A stretch of DNA of 64,000 nt from Thermoplasmata archaeon (GCA_034667685.1 JAXDQU010000012.1:1-64000), one strand, 5' to 3'; positions 40,121 to 51,148 are shown, counted from the first letter of the stretch. A program made the numbers and translations. The notes: generated by a model from the sequence alone, not told the origin.

Positions 40121-41091
40121 GCGCCCCCGTCCCGGGCGCCGAGGGCGAGGCGGGCGACGCGCGCTTCCAGCGCGAGGTCGCGCACCGCGTCTTCGCGGCC
40201 GAGTTCAACCAGTCGAAGTTCTCCTACAAGGAGAGCGGCGACCGCAGCCCCACGTTCGTCGTCTCGCCCTACGGCGCGAAGGTCAACCGCCTCTTCCTCG
40301 TGGGCGTCCTCACGAGCGTCGAGACCAGCGGCGCCACCGGCACCAACTACCGCGGCCAGATCGTCGACCCCACCGGGCTCGTGACCATCTGGGCCGGGCA
40401 GTACGAGCCCGAGGCGATGGCGCAGCTCGCGGAGATCCACCCGCCGGCCGTCGTCGCGGTCGTGGGCAAGGGGCGCACGCGCGAGCCCGAGCCCGGCGTC
40501 ACGTACGTGAGCATCCGCCCCGAGAGCATCCATCAGGTCGACAAGGCCGACCGCGACGCCTGGATCCTCGACACGGCGCGGCAGAGCCTCCAGCGCCTCG
40601 ACGCCATGCGCGAGGCGCAGAAGATGGAGACGCCCACGCCCAAGGCGCTCGAGGACCTCGGCTTCCCCCAGGACGTCGCCGAGGGCGTCTGCAAGGCCAT
40701 CGAGCACTACGGCAAGGCCGACCTCGCGCGCTACGCCGCGCTCGTGCGCGACGCGCTGGAGAGCCTGCTCCCGGGCGGCGCCGAGAAGATGGCCGCGGTC
40801 CCGGAGTTCGCGCCGGCGGCGCCGCGGAGCGGCGCGGCCCCCCCGCCCCAGCGCCAGCCCTCGCCCCAGCCCGTCCCGCAGCCGAAGGCGCCCGAGGCCA
40901 ACGCCCACGAGGACGCCGTGCTGGCGCTCTGCGAGAAGCTGGACGACGGCAAGGGCGCCCCGTGGGAGGACGTCGTCGCCGAGGCCGCCAAGAAGGGCAT
41001 CGGCGAGGCCGCCGTCGAGGAGTGCCTCAACGCGCTCATGGACAAGGGCCAGATCTACGAGCCGGTGCTCGGCCGCCTGAAGCGCACGTGA
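40117..41091 (+). CDS. RPA-associated OB-fold protein with C-terminal winged helix
   Basis: REVAHRVFAAEF, VNRLFLVGVL, DPTG, AGQY, GQIYEP; ATGA overlap with rpa. Confidence 0.88.
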   Translation: MSAPVPGAEGEAGDARFQREVAHRVFAAEFNQSKFSYKESGDRSPTFVVSPYGAKVNRLFLVGVLTSVETSGATGTNYRGQIVDPTGLVTIWAGQYEPEAMAQLAEIHPPAVVAVVGKGRTREPEPGVTYVSIRPESIHQVDKADRDAWILDTARQSLQRLDAMREAQKMETPTPKALEDLGFPQDVAEGVCKAIEHYGKADLARYAALVRDALESLLPGGAEKMAAVPEFAPAAPRSGAAPPPQRQPSPQPVPQPKAPEANAHEDAVLALCEKLDDGKGAPWEDVVAEAAKKGIGEAAVEECLNALMDKGQIYEPVLGRLKRT

Positions 41092-41639
41092 GGTGATCGC
41101 ACGAAGCGACCTCACATGGTCCACGAGCGCGCCGAGAGGCCCCGCAAGCCGCGCGCGAGATAGGGCGGGCGCGCATCGAAGCGCGCGGGCGTGGCCGTCA
41201 CGCCGCTGGCGGGCTTGCCCCCCAGACCCCCCATTTGGCGCTCGGCAATCGAGATTCCACGCCAACGACCGCTTGCAGAGCGGTGTCCGTTCCGTGATGT
41301 CTCGTCATCGCGCCGCGCCCTCCAACCCGCGCCTGGCATATGGCGCTTCGGGCACTCGGCTCACACGAAGAGCGACGGCCGACGCCTCCGGATTCGCCGG
41401 CTGGCCGCGGGCGCGCTCCGCGCGGAAAGCATGGAATCTCGGAATCCCGCCTTTCCCGCCGGAGGCGGCGCAGACCATCGTGATCCAGTGCCGGAAGCTC
41501 CGGCCCCGCGAGGAGCGAACGCTCAAATCCCAGGGCGCCCTCGCCGCGTTCGCCGCGATGACGTGGGATCAACCACCTGAGGTCAGCAACCGGTGATGGA
41601 TTACCGTTTTTCAGCTGAGCGGCTTTGCTATCAATACGA

Positions 41640-41765
41640 ACCGTTCCCGTTCTCGTTCACGTTCACGGCGTTCGTTCCACGTTCACGTTGCACGTTCCGC
41701 GTTCGTGCAACGTGCAACGACAACGTGAACGTGGAACGACGCCCGAGAACGTGAACGAGAACGGT
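41640..41765. repeat. Hexamer palindrome (CGTTCA units / TGAACG units)
   Basis: About ten degenerate units per arm. Confidence 0.92.
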
Positions 41766-41776
41766 GGACGCCCGCC

Positions 41777-43372
41777 TCATTCTTCTGGCGCGACGTACTC
41801 GACGACGTACTTCGCGCGGCTGGCGCGGAACGCGAGCCAGAGGCGCACGAGGACGATGATGAGGATCGCCAGGCCGATGACGAGCACGACGTAGGAGGCG
41901 GGGTTCGTCACGATGAACTGGTTGAAGGCGCCCAGCACGCGCGCGCTGTGGAACTGCTGGCCGGCCTGGCCCACGTCGACGGTGGCGGCGGGCGAGGGGA
42001 CCTGGAGCGTGAGGCTCGCGCTCACGGGCGGGCCCTCGCGGAACGTGGCGCGGAAGGTGACGCGGTGCGCGCCGGCGGCCTGCTCGGCGTTGTCGAGCGT
42101 GACGCGCCAGGCGGCGCTGGGCGGGACGGCGATGGGCGGCGCGCCGTCGACCTGGTAGGTGAAGGTGACGGGCTCGCTCCAGCCGGGGCCGGTGGCGAGC
42201 AGGCCGGTCACGACGACGGGGCGCAGCCACGGGTAGAGCGCGCCGGGGCTCGTGATCGTGAGGCTGGGCGGCTTGCCGAAGGCGAAGGGGCTCACGTCGA
42301 GCGCGAGGAGGCTCGTGCCGTTGGCCGTGTGGAGGGCCATGTAGGCCGTGGTGCCGGCGAGGTAGGGCGCGCCGATGAGCGCGAGGTCGCCGCTGACGTG
42401 CGTCGTGGTGCCGGTCGTGACGTTGCGCGCGACGAGCTGCGCGTACGAGGCGTCGTGCACGACCTGGAGCATGCGGTCGTCGGAGAGCGGCGTGGGCGCG
42501 GCGTCCTGCAGGTGGATCGAGGTCTCCATCGGCTGGCCCGCGGAGGCGTCGTAGCGCGCCAGCGTCCACGTGTAGTCGAGGTACTGGTCGAGGAAGTAGA
42601 CGCCGCGGCCGTTGGTGAACGGCGCGCCCTGGATGCGGCTGTCGGCCGTGACCTGGAAGACGCCCGTGCCGTTGGGCGAGACGTCCGCGCCCATGACGTC
42701 CCAGACGTCGAAGCGGAACGTGCGGAAGTAGACGTCATGCCCCACCACGAGCGGGTCCTGCGCCTTGTCGGTGGTGACGTAGACGGGGAACGTCGTGTCG
42801 TTGGCGAAGTCGTACGCGAAGATGCGCGTCGTGCCGTTCGCCTCGTCCTCGTAGGCCACGAGCGTCCCGTCGATGCTCGGGTTGGCGTGGTTGCGCCCGC
42901 CGCGCGTCACCTGGCGCAGCTCGCCCGTCGCCAGGTCGTAGGACCAGATCTGGCCGCTCTCGCGCGGACGGTACTCCTCCCAGACGACGGTCGTGCCGCT
43001 GATGGCCGGGTTGCGCTGGATCGCGGTGCCGTTGCCCAGGTAGAAGCCGCTGCCCGCGCCCACGTTGTAGGCGTAGATGCGGCCACGCGCCGCGTCCTCC
43101 CAGACGAGCCAGTCGCCGCTGCCGAAGATCTGGCGCGGCTGCTGCTTGCCGATGGGCGTCGAGGACGACTGGCCGTAGAGCCACGTCCCGTCGAAGAACG
43201 AGAGGTAGGGCACCTTGCCCGGGCCCGTGTAGCCCGCGGTCGGAGGCGCCAGCTCGGACTCCTGCGTGGCCGTGCCGCCCGGCGGAGGCGAGGGCGCGAT
43301 GACGTGCGCGCCGGCCACCGGGGCCATCACGAGCAGGGCCACGAGCAGGCCCAGGGCAAGCTGTCGGGACAC
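41777..43372 (-). CDS. Cell-surface beta-propeller (TolB-like repeats) with C-terminal TM anchor
   Basis: NPAISGTTVVWEE, NPSIDGTLVAYED repeats; signal peptide; Ig-like domain; TM. Confidence 0.8.
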   Translation of the reverse strand: MSRQLALGLLVALLVMAPVAGAHVIAPSPPPGGTATQESELAPPTAGYTGPGKVPYLSFFDGTWLYGQSSSTPIGKQQPRQIFGSGDWLVWEDAARGRIYAYNVGAGSGFYLGNGTAIQRNPAISGTTVVWEEYRPRESGQIWSYDLATGELRQVTRGGRNHANPSIDGTLVAYEDEANGTTRIFAYDFANDTTFPVYVTTDKAQDPLVVGHDVYFRTFRFDVWDVMGADVSPNGTGVFQVTADSRIQGAPFTNGRGVYFLDQYLDYTWTLARYDASAGQPMETSIHLQDAAPTPLSDDRMLQVVHDASYAQLVARNVTTGTTTHVSGDLALIGAPYLAGTTAYMALHTANGTSLLALDVSPFAFGKPPSLTITSPGALYPWLRPVVVTGLLATGPGWSEPVTFTYQVDGAPPIAVPPSAAWRVTLDNAEQAAGAHRVTFRATFREGPPVSASLTLQVPSPAATVDVGQAGQQFHSARVLGAFNQFIVTNPASYVVLVIGLAILIIVLVRLWLAFRASRAKYVVEYVAPEE

Positions 43373-43418
43373 CGGAGCGCCCCTCCCTTGGAGCGGATAT
43401 AAGACTTGTTGTGCACCC

Positions 43419-44579
<1,161 letters not shown>

Positions 44580-44628
44580 GCGCCGGGCATCCCGCGCGCC
44601 GGGCATGAAGGCATCCTTGAGCGCGCGT

Positions 44629-44752
44629 CGTTCACGTTCACGTTCTCGTTCACGGAAATCGTTGCGCGTTCACGTTCCACGTTTCTCGTGCAACCTGCAA
44701 CGACAACGTGAACGTGCAACGTTGTCCGTGAACGAGAACGTGAACGTGAACG
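44629..44752. repeat. Hexamer palindrome, same family as 41640-41765
   Basis: Shared core tcgtgcaacStgcaacgacaacgtgaacgtg in the same orientation. Confidence 0.92.
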
Positions 44753-44819
44753 GTTCTTGTCCAAGTTGAGATGGTGCGTACAACAAGCAGCAAAGAGGAC
44801 CGCCTGGGAGCGCGGTTGC

Positions 44820-44933
44820 ATGCACCCCGACATCCCCCGCAGCAACCTGGCCGGCTTCGCGCAGACCACCGCGGTCCTGGCGTTCCTGGCGAACAAGAAC
44901 CTCGCCGTGGGCGGCGGCTACGCCCTCCGCTGA
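44820..44933 (+). CDS. Small ORF, 37 aa (MHPDIPRSNLAGFAQTTAVLAFLANKNLAVGGGYALR)
   Basis: All sense codons end in G/C; GGAG upstream. Confidence 0.5.
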   Translation: MHPDIPRSNLAGFAQTTAVLAFLANKNLAVGGGYALR

Positions 44934-44939
44934 GGGCGC

Positions 44940-45810
44940 CGACGAACCCGCAGGTTCGTTGAGCGTCGTCCGCTGAATTCCCCTTCACGATTCTGGTTGG
45001 TCACTCCGGCTCGCGCGCTGGTTCGCTCCGCGCGCGGGTCGTTCCTCCGGACTGCATCCCCGGAGGACAGGTTCGCAAGATTGGTCCCAGCCCCCGCGCG
45101 CGTTCGCTCGCGCTCGGGGGAATCAGAACCGCAAGAAGAGTGCGGAGCTCGGAGGCGCGTGGCGTCGCCGCGTGATCCGGCCGGTCCGTGCCTCTTGCGA
45201 GGCCGCCCGCTTTCCCGCGACACGGGGGCGCTACGGGCGTTCTCCCGGGGCGTGGGGCCCCGAGGCGGCCGGCCGCGACCCCGTTGCCGGGGCCGGGACC
45301 TTCACCGATCGCGATGGGCTGGCCAGCCCGCGTGCGATCCCCCGCCGTCCACGTCGTGCACGTGGCGGGGCCGCCGGGGCTTGCGCCGCCGGCGTGGCGC
45401 CACGACCCCGTCAGGCCGTGGCTGGGCAGCAGACTCCACACGTCCAGCTGCATGGCGCAGGCGCGTGGCGCGCTTGCGCTTCGGTCCGATCTTCGGCCCC
45501 GAGGCCGCGGGTGGTGTCCGGGCTGGTTCGGGGCGTTGCGGCGGATCGTCCTGCGTGTCCTTGCGGACGCGCGGGCGAGGATGCCCGTGAGGGCGTCCCG
45601 GTCCCGGGGGCGACCCGGAGCCGCGGCCGTCGCTTTCGCTTCGGCCGTGCTGGGCGGTCTCGTGAGCTCATGTCGCGCAAGGCGACGACGAGTGTCGCGA
45701 CCGTCACGATCCACGGCCGCGCGCGCCGGATCCCTTGCGGGTCCCGTCTCGCGCAGCCGCGCGTTCTGCGCCTCCAAGGCGCATGCCTCACTACACGCGC
45801 GCCATGCAAA
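44940..45810. ncRNA. Candidate large structured non-coding RNA/ssDNA element of unknown class
   Basis: No credible ORF; more than ten short stems with tetraloop-sized loops; strand unresolved. Confidence 0.5.
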
Positions 45811-45989
45811 TCGTTGTCGGCGGCAGGTTCTAAATAAGTCGAAACCGCGCAGCAAGGCTTGATAGCACGGGCGCTTCGCCTAAAGGGCAAAGCCTCATGC
45901 ATCGTGTGTTTCCGCTGCGCGGTTTGCATCCTCGGCATCCAAAGTTGCAGAAGTTGTAGCGTTTCTTCCGATGGAGCCGGTGCATTGGG

Positions 45990-46427
45990 TCATGACGCTT
46001 CGAGGATGCGCTTCAGTTGCGCGAGATCCTTCTGGTTGGCGCGGCGCATCGCGGCCGCCATCATGGGCGCCGCGACCTTGGAGAAGCCGCGCGGCTCGCC
46101 GCGGTTGCGCAGGCTCATCCGCGTCGCGCCCGGGCCGGCATCGGACCAGGCGTACGTCGTCTCCATCGGGAAGGGCCCCTCCGCGGTGCGCATCACGAGG
46201 CGCTCGCCCGGCACGAGCTCCACGACCTCGTAGGTGTAGGCCAGCGTACGGCCCAGGAAGCGCGCCTCGAACGCAACGCGCGATCCGACGCGCAGCGGGC
46301 GCTCGGTCTCCCACGTCGCGCCGCGGATGTTGGCGTACCACGTGGGCGCGTTCGACGGATCGGCGGCGTACGCGGCGACCGCCTCGCGCGGCCGCGCGAT
46401 CACCGTCTCGGTGAGCACGTCGACCAT
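45990..46427 (-). CDS. SRPBCC (polyketide cyclase-like) protein
   Basis: IARPREAVAAYAADPSNAPTWY, GPFPMETTY, NQKDLAQLK. Confidence 0.88.
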   Translation of the reverse strand: MVDVLTETVIARPREAVAAYAADPSNAPTWYANIRGATWETERPLRVGSRVAFEARFLGRTLAYTYEVVELVPGERLVMRTAEGPFPMETTYAWSDAGPGATRMSLRNRGEPRGFSKVAAPMMAAAMRRANQKDLAQLKRILEAS

Positions 46428-46434
46428 GCGCGCC

Positions 46435-46842
46435 TCAGATCTTCGCCAGCTCGCGGTGCGTCTTCACGACGCTCTCCACCGCGCTGCGCCCCACGTCCAC
46501 GCGCGCCTCGGCCTGCAGGCGCGACATGCCGGGCCCGGTGATGGCGAGGCCGACCGGCTTCTCGAACTCGACGGCGAGGTCCGCGGCCTTGCGGCTGCTG
46601 TGCCCCGCGACGATCTGGTCGTGCCCCGTCTCGCCCTGGATGACGCAGCCGATGACGACGACGGCATCCACGTCCTTGCGCTTCAGGAGCTTCTTGATCG
46701 GAAGGCTGGTGTCGAACACGCCGGCCGTCCACACGACGGGGCCGTTCTCCTCACCGAGGAACTCGGCGTGCGCCTTGGCGCGCTCCAGCATCCGGCTCGT
46801 GATATCATAGTTGAACTCGGCGACCACGTATGCGATCCTCAT
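46435..46842 (-). CDS. ribH: 6,7-dimethyl-8-ribityllumazine synthase
   Basis: VAEFNYDIT, GVFD, GCVIQGETGHD, GLAITGPG. Confidence 0.95.
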   Translation of the reverse strand: MRIAYVVAEFNYDITSRMLERAKAHAEFLGEENGPVVWTAGVFDTSLPIKKLLKRKDVDAVVVIGCVIQGETGHDQIVAGHSSRKAADLAVEFEKPVGLAITGPGMSRLQAEARVDVGRSAVESVVKTHRELAKI

Positions 46843-46843
46843 G

Positions 46844-47422
46844 TCAATGCTTCCCCACGTTGGAGCCTGAGAACTTGCTGCCCGTCTCGCTGCGCGCGCC
46901 CACGCCCGGACCCTTGGACGCCGCGTGGCGCGCCTCGAACGGATTGACGCCCGGCCGCAGCGCCTCCGCGCCGCCCACGTCGGCATAGCCTTGGCGCTGC
47001 CCCGTCCCCGCGCGCGGCGTGAGCGCCGTGGGGCCCTTGAGCAGGGCGAGCGCATTGAGCGCGTGCTCGCTGGCGCGGTTCGCGCAGAGCGCCTCCAATT
47101 CCTTCGGAGACTTGGCCTCGTCGAGGTGCACGAAGACCTCCACGATGTGCCGGCCCGCGCCGACCTGCGCCCACTGGAGGCCCATGCTCGCGACGTGCGC
47201 GCTCTGCTTGTCCACGGCCTCGGGGCCGGGCATGCCGCACGCGACCACGATCTCGCAGCCCGCGTCGAAGAGACGCTTGCACGCGACGGCCAGGTCCTTG
47301 ATGCCGGGCACCGTGTAGCGCTCGATGCGGAGGCCCGTCGCGTTCGCCTGGAGCGTGCGCACGACGATGCCGCCCATGTCCACGCTCGCGAACGTCGTGT
47401 CGACGACGCCCACCTTCGTCAT
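46844..47422 (-). CDS. ribC: Archaeal riboflavin synthase
   Basis: GVVDTTFA, TVPGIKDL, HIVEVFVHLDE, GTGQRQG. Confidence 0.93.
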   Translation of the reverse strand: MTKVGVVDTTFASVDMGGIVVRTLQANATGLRIERYTVPGIKDLAVACKRLFDAGCEIVVACGMPGPEAVDKQSAHVASMGLQWAQVGAGRHIVEVFVHLDEAKSPKELEALCANRASEHALNALALLKGPTALTPRAGTGQRQGYADVGGAEALRPGVNPFEARHAASKGPGVGARSETGSKFSGSNVGKH

Positions 47423-47880
47423 GGCGCGTCCTCCGTCGCGCGCGGATCGTAGAGCTCCAGGATGCGCTTCACGATCTTGCGCGTGCCGTTGAGGTCGTGC
47501 TCGTCGAAACGCGGGCAGCGCGCCACCTCGATGTGGCCCATCCCACGTTTTGATAGCTCGGCGCGGAGCTGGTCCGCCTGGTGATAGTCGTCGTAGCCCA
47601 GCGCGATCACGTCGGGCTTCACGGCCGCGACCGTCGCGTACTGGTCGACCGGGCTCCCGAGGATCGCGCTGTCGACCGGCTTGAGCGCCGCCACCAGCGC
47701 GAGACGCTGCTCCTGGGGCACGATGGGCTGGTGCTTCCGCTTCGCCACCATGACGTCCGTCGCCACGACCACGACAAGCTCGTCCCCCATCTTCTTCGCC
47801 TCCGAGAGATAGTGCACGTGGCCCAGATGCAGCAAGTCAAAGACTCCCGCTGCCATCACCCGCTTGGCCATTGCATTCAC
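47419..47880 (-). CDS. ribL: Archaeal FAD synthetase
   Basis: GVFDLLHLGH, PDVIALGYD, LNGTRKI; located in the rib cluster. Confidence 0.9.
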   Translation of the reverse strand: MNAMAKRVMAAGVFDLLHLGHVHYLSEAKKMGDELVVVVATDVMVAKRKHQPIVPQEQRLALVAALKPVDSAILGSPVDQYATVAAVKPDVIALGYDDYHQADQLRAELSKRGMGHIEVARCPRFDEHDLNGTRKIVKRILELYDPRATEDAP

Positions 47881-48569
47881 GCACGGGGCGCGGCGGCATC
47901 AAGCTTGACCCACGCGGCGATGACGTCCTTGCCTTCGACGAGGACGCCCTCGTGCTGCGCGGCCCACGCGCGCGCCTCGGCGACGCGCCGGGCCTTGCCG
48001 TCGTCCGCGAGCATCTCGGCGCCCACCACCACGGGCGTGACGCCGGCCAGACGCGCGAGCGCGACCGCGATCTCGGTATGCCCCTGGCGCTGGTGGAGGA
48101 GCTTCTCGGCGCCCACGCAGAGGTGGACGTGCCCCGGCGCGCGGAACGCCTTGCCGAACGCCTCGACGTCGGGGCTGCGCGCGAGCCTGCCGAACTCGGA
48201 GACGGTCAGCGCGCGGTCGTCGTCCGTGATGCCGGTGAAGGTCTTCCGGTGGTTGATCGTCAGCGAGAAGCTGCTGCGCGTGTCGTACTTGATATCGTTC
48301 GGGATGAGCCGCCTGAGCACCGGGTGGCGCGCGGCGTCCTCGGCGTAGAGATCCTGCAGGAAGGGAAGCTCCAGCGCGGCGCCCACGCGCGGGTCGACGG
48401 CGAGGAAGACGAGCCCGCCCGCGTCCTGGCGGAGCATGCGGATCTGGCGGGGCGTGGCCGTCTCCGCGGCGAAGAAGAGGTCGACCTCCTCCTCGCGGCC
48501 GTCGGCGTCGTAGATCAGGACGGGACGGCCGGCGCGGAGGTTCGCGCAGGCCTGATCGAGGGGGGACAC
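47877..48569 (-). CDS. ribB: 3,4-dihydroxy-2-butanone-4-phosphate synthase (archaeal type)
   Basis: YDADGREEEVD, SSFSLTINHRKTFTGITDDDR, PGHV, RQGHTE. Confidence 0.93.
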   Translation of the reverse strand: MSPLDQACANLRAGRPVLIYDADGREEEVDLFFAAETATPRQIRMLRQDAGGLVFLAVDPRVGAALELPFLQDLYAEDAARHPVLRRLIPNDIKYDTRSSFSLTINHRKTFTGITDDDRALTVSEFGRLARSPDVEAFGKAFRAPGHVHLCVGAEKLLHQRQGHTEIAVALARLAGVTPVVVGAEMLADDGKARRVAEARAWAAQHEGVLVEGKDVIAAWVKLDAAAPRA

Positions 48570-48623
48570 AAGGGGGCCACCCCGAGACAAGGAATCAAGC
48601 TTGGGTAGCTACCCAAGCGGGAG

Positions 48624-48818
48624 TTACATCACGTCCTGCTGCTGGCGGTAGCGGGTGACGTACCCCGCGACGCGGTTGCGCATGGCCTTGCCCTGGATGT
48701 CGGCCAGCTCGTCGACGGCCTTCTTGTTGTGCTCGAAGTCGGGCGTGAACTTCTCGGGGAAGCGCTCGACGAGCTCGATCGCGACGCGCTTGATGTAGGT
48801 GGGACGGATGTTGCCCAT
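48624..48818 (-). CDS. rps17e: 30S ribosomal protein S17e
   Basis: [11 protein letters not shown]...DFEHNK...[10 protein letters not shown]. Confidence 0.97.
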   Translation of the reverse strand: MGNIRPTYIKRVAIELVERFPEKFTPDFEHNKKAVDELADIQGKAMRNRVAGYVTRYRQQQDVM

Positions 48819-48936
48819 GGTGTCATCTCATCCAGGGGGCCGAGGCCCTGGCCTTCCCGCCGCAGAACGTCCGCGGCAGGCGCTCCTGGATACGCGGGCA
48901 AGCCCGCCCCCCCTCATGAAGCCTGCGGGCGGAGCC

Positions 48937-49698
48937 TCAGGGCAGGAGCGTGGCGCCCGCCCCGGGCGTGGGGTGCGGAGTGGCCGCCGCCGCGCCGGAG
49001 CTCGCGCAGGCCAGCTTGGTCTCCTGGCCGGACACGAACAGCGAAGCCTGGGAGCCATCCGACCCGTCCGGGCAGGTGGCGCTGTACACCTGGAGTCCCG
49101 AGCAGGAGGGGTTGACGAGGCTGACGTGGGCGCATGCTCCCCCGACGTCGCCGCTGGGGTTGGCACCGGCGCACGCGCTGCCCACGTTGAACGCCGTCTC
49201 GTAGCCGCAGACGCCGGCGAAGTCGTTGCTGGGGCAGACGACGTCCCGCCACGCCACCGACGTGCTCCCTTCCACTTCCCACCAGAGGCCAGCGCACCCT
49301 TGGTAGACGCCCGGCGAGAGGCACCAGAATGGGAAGCTGGTGGGCTCGTTGTTGGCCCCGACGCACGGTCCGGTCGTGGTGCCCGGTCCGTTCTGGACGA
49401 ACGCGTACGGCGTCAGCCCCTGGGAGGCGCACCCGGCGCCCGCCCGCGTCTCCGTCCCTGCGGAGGCGACGAGGCCGCAGGTGAAGGAGCCGCCTGCGTT
49501 CGCCTGCGGCGCCACGGTGCTGCTGATCGCATAGTCGAGGTGCACGGTGTCCGCGTTCGTGGTGCCCGGCGCGGCGGCATCGGCGCCGACGCAAAGCTCG
49601 CCGCTTCCGACGCAAAGCGAGGCGGCACCCACGGAGGGGACGAGCACGAGGAGCGGGACGAGGAGCATGCTGACGAGAAGCCTCCGGTTGACGCACAT
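48937..49698 (-). CDS. Secreted Cys-rich hypothetical protein
   Basis: Signal peptide, about 15 Cys in the mature part, G/A-rich. Confidence 0.65.
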   Translation of the reverse strand: MCVNRRLLVSMLLVPLLVLVPSVGAASLCVGSGELCVGADAAAPGTTNADTVHLDYAISSTVAPQANAGGSFTCGLVASAGTETRAGAGCASQGLTPYAFVQNGPGTTTGPCVGANNEPTSFPFWCLSPGVYQGCAGLWWEVEGSTSVAWRDVVCPSNDFAGVCGYETAFNVGSACAGANPSGDVGGACAHVSLVNPSCSGLQVYSATCPDGSDGSQASLFVSGQETKLACASSGAAAATPHPTPGAGATLLP

Positions 49699-49765
49699 CG
49701 AAGCGGCCAGCGGCGGTGGAGGCGATAAACCATGCGCCAAAGTGAGAGGTTTCCTCCAGTCGCTG

Positions 49766-50725
49766 TTACCCCAGCGCCGCCGCCACCATCAAAGGAAGAA
49801 TCACGGCCGCGTCGCCCTCGACGTTCACGATCCGCGCATCCTCCTTGACCTTGCCCCATGAGATGGCCTCTTCGAGCCGCGCGCCGGAGAGGGAGCCGTC
49901 GTGCTCGACGGCCGTGGTCACGTAGACCGCGTAGTCGAGCCCGCCGCGGAACTGGCTCCACCAGATGACGTGGTGCTTGCTGATGCCGCCGCCGATCATG
50001 AGGGCGCCGAGCTCCTTCGCGCCGAACGCGAGGTCTGATAGCAGCTGCTCGTCGGCGAGGAGGTCGAAGCCGATCTGGCGGTCGTGCTGATATCTCGACC
50101 AGACCTGCGAGCCCACGCTGCCGTCGGTGGGGCCCGGGATGAAGATGGGGACGTCCTTCTCGTAGCAGGCGCGCAGCAGGCTCTCTTCGCTGCGCGGCTC
50201 CTGCGCGATCCGGCGGCCCAGCTCGCGGGTGAAGTCGCGCGTGCTCCAGCGCTTCTGCGTGGCGAACATCTCGACGAGCCAGGGCTGGAGGCGCTCCTCC
50301 AGGATCTCGCCGTAGCTCTCGTTGGGCACGAGCACGTTGCCCAGGCGGTTGACCTCCTCCGCGTGGAGCGCGCGGTCGTCCAGGTCGAAGCTGCCATGAT
50401 AGTACTCGCGCCACGTGCGCGCCAGGTCATGGTCCAGCGTGCCGCAGGTGGTCACGATGGCGTCCACCATGCCGGCGCGCACCATGCCGGTGAAGACGCC
50501 GCGCACGCCCGTCGCGCACAGCGCGGCCGGGAAGCTGAGGATCGTGGTGACGCCCTCCCCGCGCATGCGGCCCAGGATCTCGGCGCCCAGCGCGAGCTTC
50601 TTGGCGCTGAACGCGGAGGCCTCGCCCATCTGCGAGACGAGGTCGGCCGCGCGCAGGCCCGGCGAGATCGCCATGTCCTTCACGGGCGTGAGGCGCGCGC
50701 GGATCCCCTTCGGGTCGCGGGTCAT
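49766..50725 (-). CDS. dys: Deoxyhypusine synthase
   Basis: TTCGTLDHD, NRLGNV, GGGISKHH, DGSLSGARLEEAISWGK. Confidence 0.95.
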   Translation of the reverse strand: MTRDPKGIRARLTPVKDMAISPGLRAADLVSQMGEASAFSAKKLALGAEILGRMRGEGVTTILSFPAALCATGVRGVFTGMVRAGMVDAIVTTCGTLDHDLARTWREYYHGSFDLDDRALHAEEVNRLGNVLVPNESYGEILEERLQPWLVEMFATQKRWSTRDFTRELGRRIAQEPRSEESLLRACYEKDVPIFIPGPTDGSVGSQVWSRYQHDRQIGFDLLADEQLLSDLAFGAKELGALMIGGGISKHHVIWWSQFRGGLDYAVYVTTAVEHDGSLSGARLEEAISWGKVKEDARIVNVEGDAAVILPLMVAAALG

Positions 50726-50815
50726 CGTGCGCGCACCGGGCGCGCGCCGGAAGAGCGTTTCCCATCGACGCCCCGGCCACAAGCAGGAATCCTGCCGGCC
50801 AGCAGAGGCAAGCGC

Positions 50816-51148
50816 ATGGGAGCCACCCGCCTCGCGCTCTACCTCGTCGGCCTCGTGATCGTCGTCGTGGCCGCCTGGGTCTTCCTCACGCAGACGCCGG
50901 TGGGCCGCCAGGTCCCCTCGAGCCTCGCCCTCGTGCTGATCCTGCTGCTCGTGGGCATCGGCGTCATGGCCGCCGCGAGCAACATCAACGAGTCGCGCGT
51001 CACGCGGCGCGTGGTGCGCGAAGGCGCGCCCGGCTACGTCGCGCCCCCCGCCTACGAGCGCCGCGTCTACGACACGCGCTACGCCCCCGGCTACGTCGAG
51101 CCGCCCGTTGACGGGGAAACCATCGTCGACGAGCGCCGGTTCGACTGA
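50816..51148 (+). CDS. Small two-TM membrane protein
   Basis: Two hydrophobic helices, native codons. Confidence 0.7.
   Translation: MGATRLALYLVGLVIVVVAAWVFLTQTPVGRQVPSSLALVLILLLVGIGVMAAASNINESRVTRRVVREGAPGYVAPPAYERRVYDTRYAPGYVEPPVDGETIVDERRFD

Noticed and set aside
44940-45810. RNase P RNA, SRP RNA, rRNA, group I/II intron, or the overlapping ORFs as real genes
   Set aside because: I did not find the GAGGAAAGUCC-like/ACAGAA P4 motifs, the SRP helix-8 motif or a domain V by eye. The ORFs are Arg/Pro/Ala-rich without codon bias. An Rfam scan is still needed.
48570-48623. FMN riboswitch before the rib cluster
   Set aside because: The spacer is about 54 nt and lacks RFN motifs.
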